In this document: one piece after another, positions 62,680 through 64,000 of the stretch
How the letters are laid out: every line of letters begins with the position of its first letter
Numbering within the stretch: the stretch's first letter is position 1
NCBI GenBank assembly: GCA_973895155.1
Contig: OZ316893.1
Span: forward strand, 21,250,955-21,314,954
DNA length: 64,000 nt
Source: Marsupella aquatica
Lineage: Eukaryota; Plantae; Marchantiophyta
Reading direction: 5' to 3'
Position numbers and translations under genes: made by a program
The notes under the pieces: model-generated
Seen by the model: the letters and a program-made list of their open reading frames with translations, nothing else
Told to the model about the DNA's origin: nothing
The model's database searches: none

Positions 62680-63690
62680 TCACAGCAGCAGAGCCAGCTG
62701 CGACCCGTTTGAATTTGTTTGTGGCGCCGAATAAAATTCAGATCGTAGAGTCATGACAAGAAGGCCAAGATTGTTCGTTCCGGTTCCTCTTCTCCCAGCT
62801 AACCTAAAAAGATAATGCGTAGAGTCCTTCACTGGAACGGTTCCTGCAGTAGCAAGGAGCATCTTTTGTAGAGATAGGTAGGAGCTGAACTTCACCCGAA
62901 GAGCTCTGTACAAAGCATCGACCTTCGCTGTATGCCAATCCAGGCGAACCTGAGAAAGACATAACTTCAGCCTGTTAGCAGAACTTAAGGGTAGACCTTT
63001 TGCTTTCACAGAATGTGCCCTCACAGCCTGGTTGAACAATAGGAAGTATAACTTGTAAATTCCGTTCCGGGAGCCAGAATTGTAGAAAACACCAAACCAT
63101 AAGTCACTACAGCACATGCTGACTATGTACCAGTAGAGCCGCCTGATGAAATTATACGAGAGAAAGAGGGAGACAGACAGGGTAAAGCCTCACTATCACG
63201 GCGTGTTGTATTTCCTCCAATAATGATCGCAACAACCTTTAGGCATACATTTCGCAGCTCTGCATAAGGGTGGTGAATTCACCAGGCAAGTTTGCAAAAG
63301 CTCTTGTAAAACTTTAGAAACGAGACATTCTAGTCCACTTTGATCTAGAAGTCATGAACATAACAACTTTGCATGGCCCACAATTGAAAAAGATCAGCAG
63401 AGTGTTTACCTCAACCCGTTCCGTTTGTTCACGTCTTCACCAAGAACGTCAACCAAAATATCGTCGCTCCTCAGAGCACTAATTGCCTTCCCCGTCAGAT
63501 GCAGTGGTGGATGAGGAAGCCCCGCCACTACCCTCAAATCTGCCAACGATGCTGACCTGGCACCTGGGCTGCTGAAGCATGCCGCGACAGCGTCTGCTGC
63601 ATCAGTGTAAAATGGCTACAGTTTGCTACACTTCCCGTTGGTTTGAGCACAAAAGTGTGTAGGCGCTGGGACCTATCCTACCACTTTCAG
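62680..63690 (-). pseudogene. Collapsed pseudogene of riboflavin biosynthesis RIBR/PyrR (deaminase-like, reductase and NADAR/COG3236 domains)
   Basis: Colinear fragments: RVVAGLPHPPLHLTGKAISALRSDDILVDVLGED (63540-63430, donor GAG|gtaaac), CLVNSPPLCRAA, AIIIGGNTTRRD (donor gtgag), and a last exon 62680-62949 reading VRLDWHTAKVDALYRALRVKFSSY...NNLGLLVMTLRSEF. NADAR motif residues are altered (VKDS for VEAS; YLFRL for DLFWG). Confidence 0.8.
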
Positions 63691-63766
63691 ATACAGGTGG
63701 ACCGCTAACTACCTCGCGCAAACATTCTATAACAAAGAGTGAGAACGTGTTAGATTTCATGTACAC

Positions 63767-64000
63767 CTAAGAATCCACTATGCCTTGGGCAGTCTGCAGA
63801 GCTCTCATCTCTTCTATTAATTGAGTAGCCTTATCGGCGAGTTGTTGGCTTTTGTAAGCTTTGATCAAGATAGTGTAAGTTATTTCGTCTGGCATTAATC
63901 CTTCAGTCTTCATCTCCAAGTACGCTGCTTGCATCCCATCAAAATCGTCGGCCCTCCGATGTGCATGAATCACGGAATTGTAAAGGGCTACATCAGGTAC
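63767..64000 (-). CDS. 3' end of a P-type pentatricopeptide repeat (PPR) protein; gene continues beyond the window
   Basis: PDVALYNSVIHAHRRADDFDGMQAAYLEMKTEGLMPDEITYTILIKAYKSQQLADKATQLIEEM: two 35-aa PPR motifs followed by a stop at 63767. Confidence 0.88.
   Translation of the reverse strand, partial: VPDVALYNSVIHAHRRADDFDGMQAAYLEMKTEGLMPDEITYTILIKAYKSQQLADKATQLIEEMRALQTAQGIVDS

Overview
Eukaryotic land-plant nuclear DNA with GT-AG introns. Gene and intron style suggests a bryophyte, probably a liverwort (inference). Intact genes reconstructed from splice sites: CYP71-type WD40-cyclophilin (-, 3' end outside the window), nuclear-encoded plastid ribosomal protein S10 (+), leucine carboxyl methyltransferase LCMT1 (-), a CCCH-KH-CCCH RNA-binding protein (-), a class XI myosin (-, about 15 kb) and the 3' end of a PPR gene (-). 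The 44-60 kb stretch is repeat-rich. It holds a defective Ty1/copia element with a half-deleted 5' LTR, a related solo LTR with a perfect TSD, a second unrelated solo LTR and many local duplications. There are deletion-collapsed relics of RIBR/PyrR and of an LRR(-RLK) gene. The main finding lies inside a myosin XI tail intron: a 1.28-kb, splice-compatible, in-frame alternative terminal exon. It would replace the globular DIL cargo-binding tail with a 426-aa basic Ser/Pro-rich tail carrying 16-aa repeats and SxIP (EB1-type) motifs. This makes it a candidate actin-motor/microtubule-plus-end linker isoform. All gene models were derived by hand, without transcript data.
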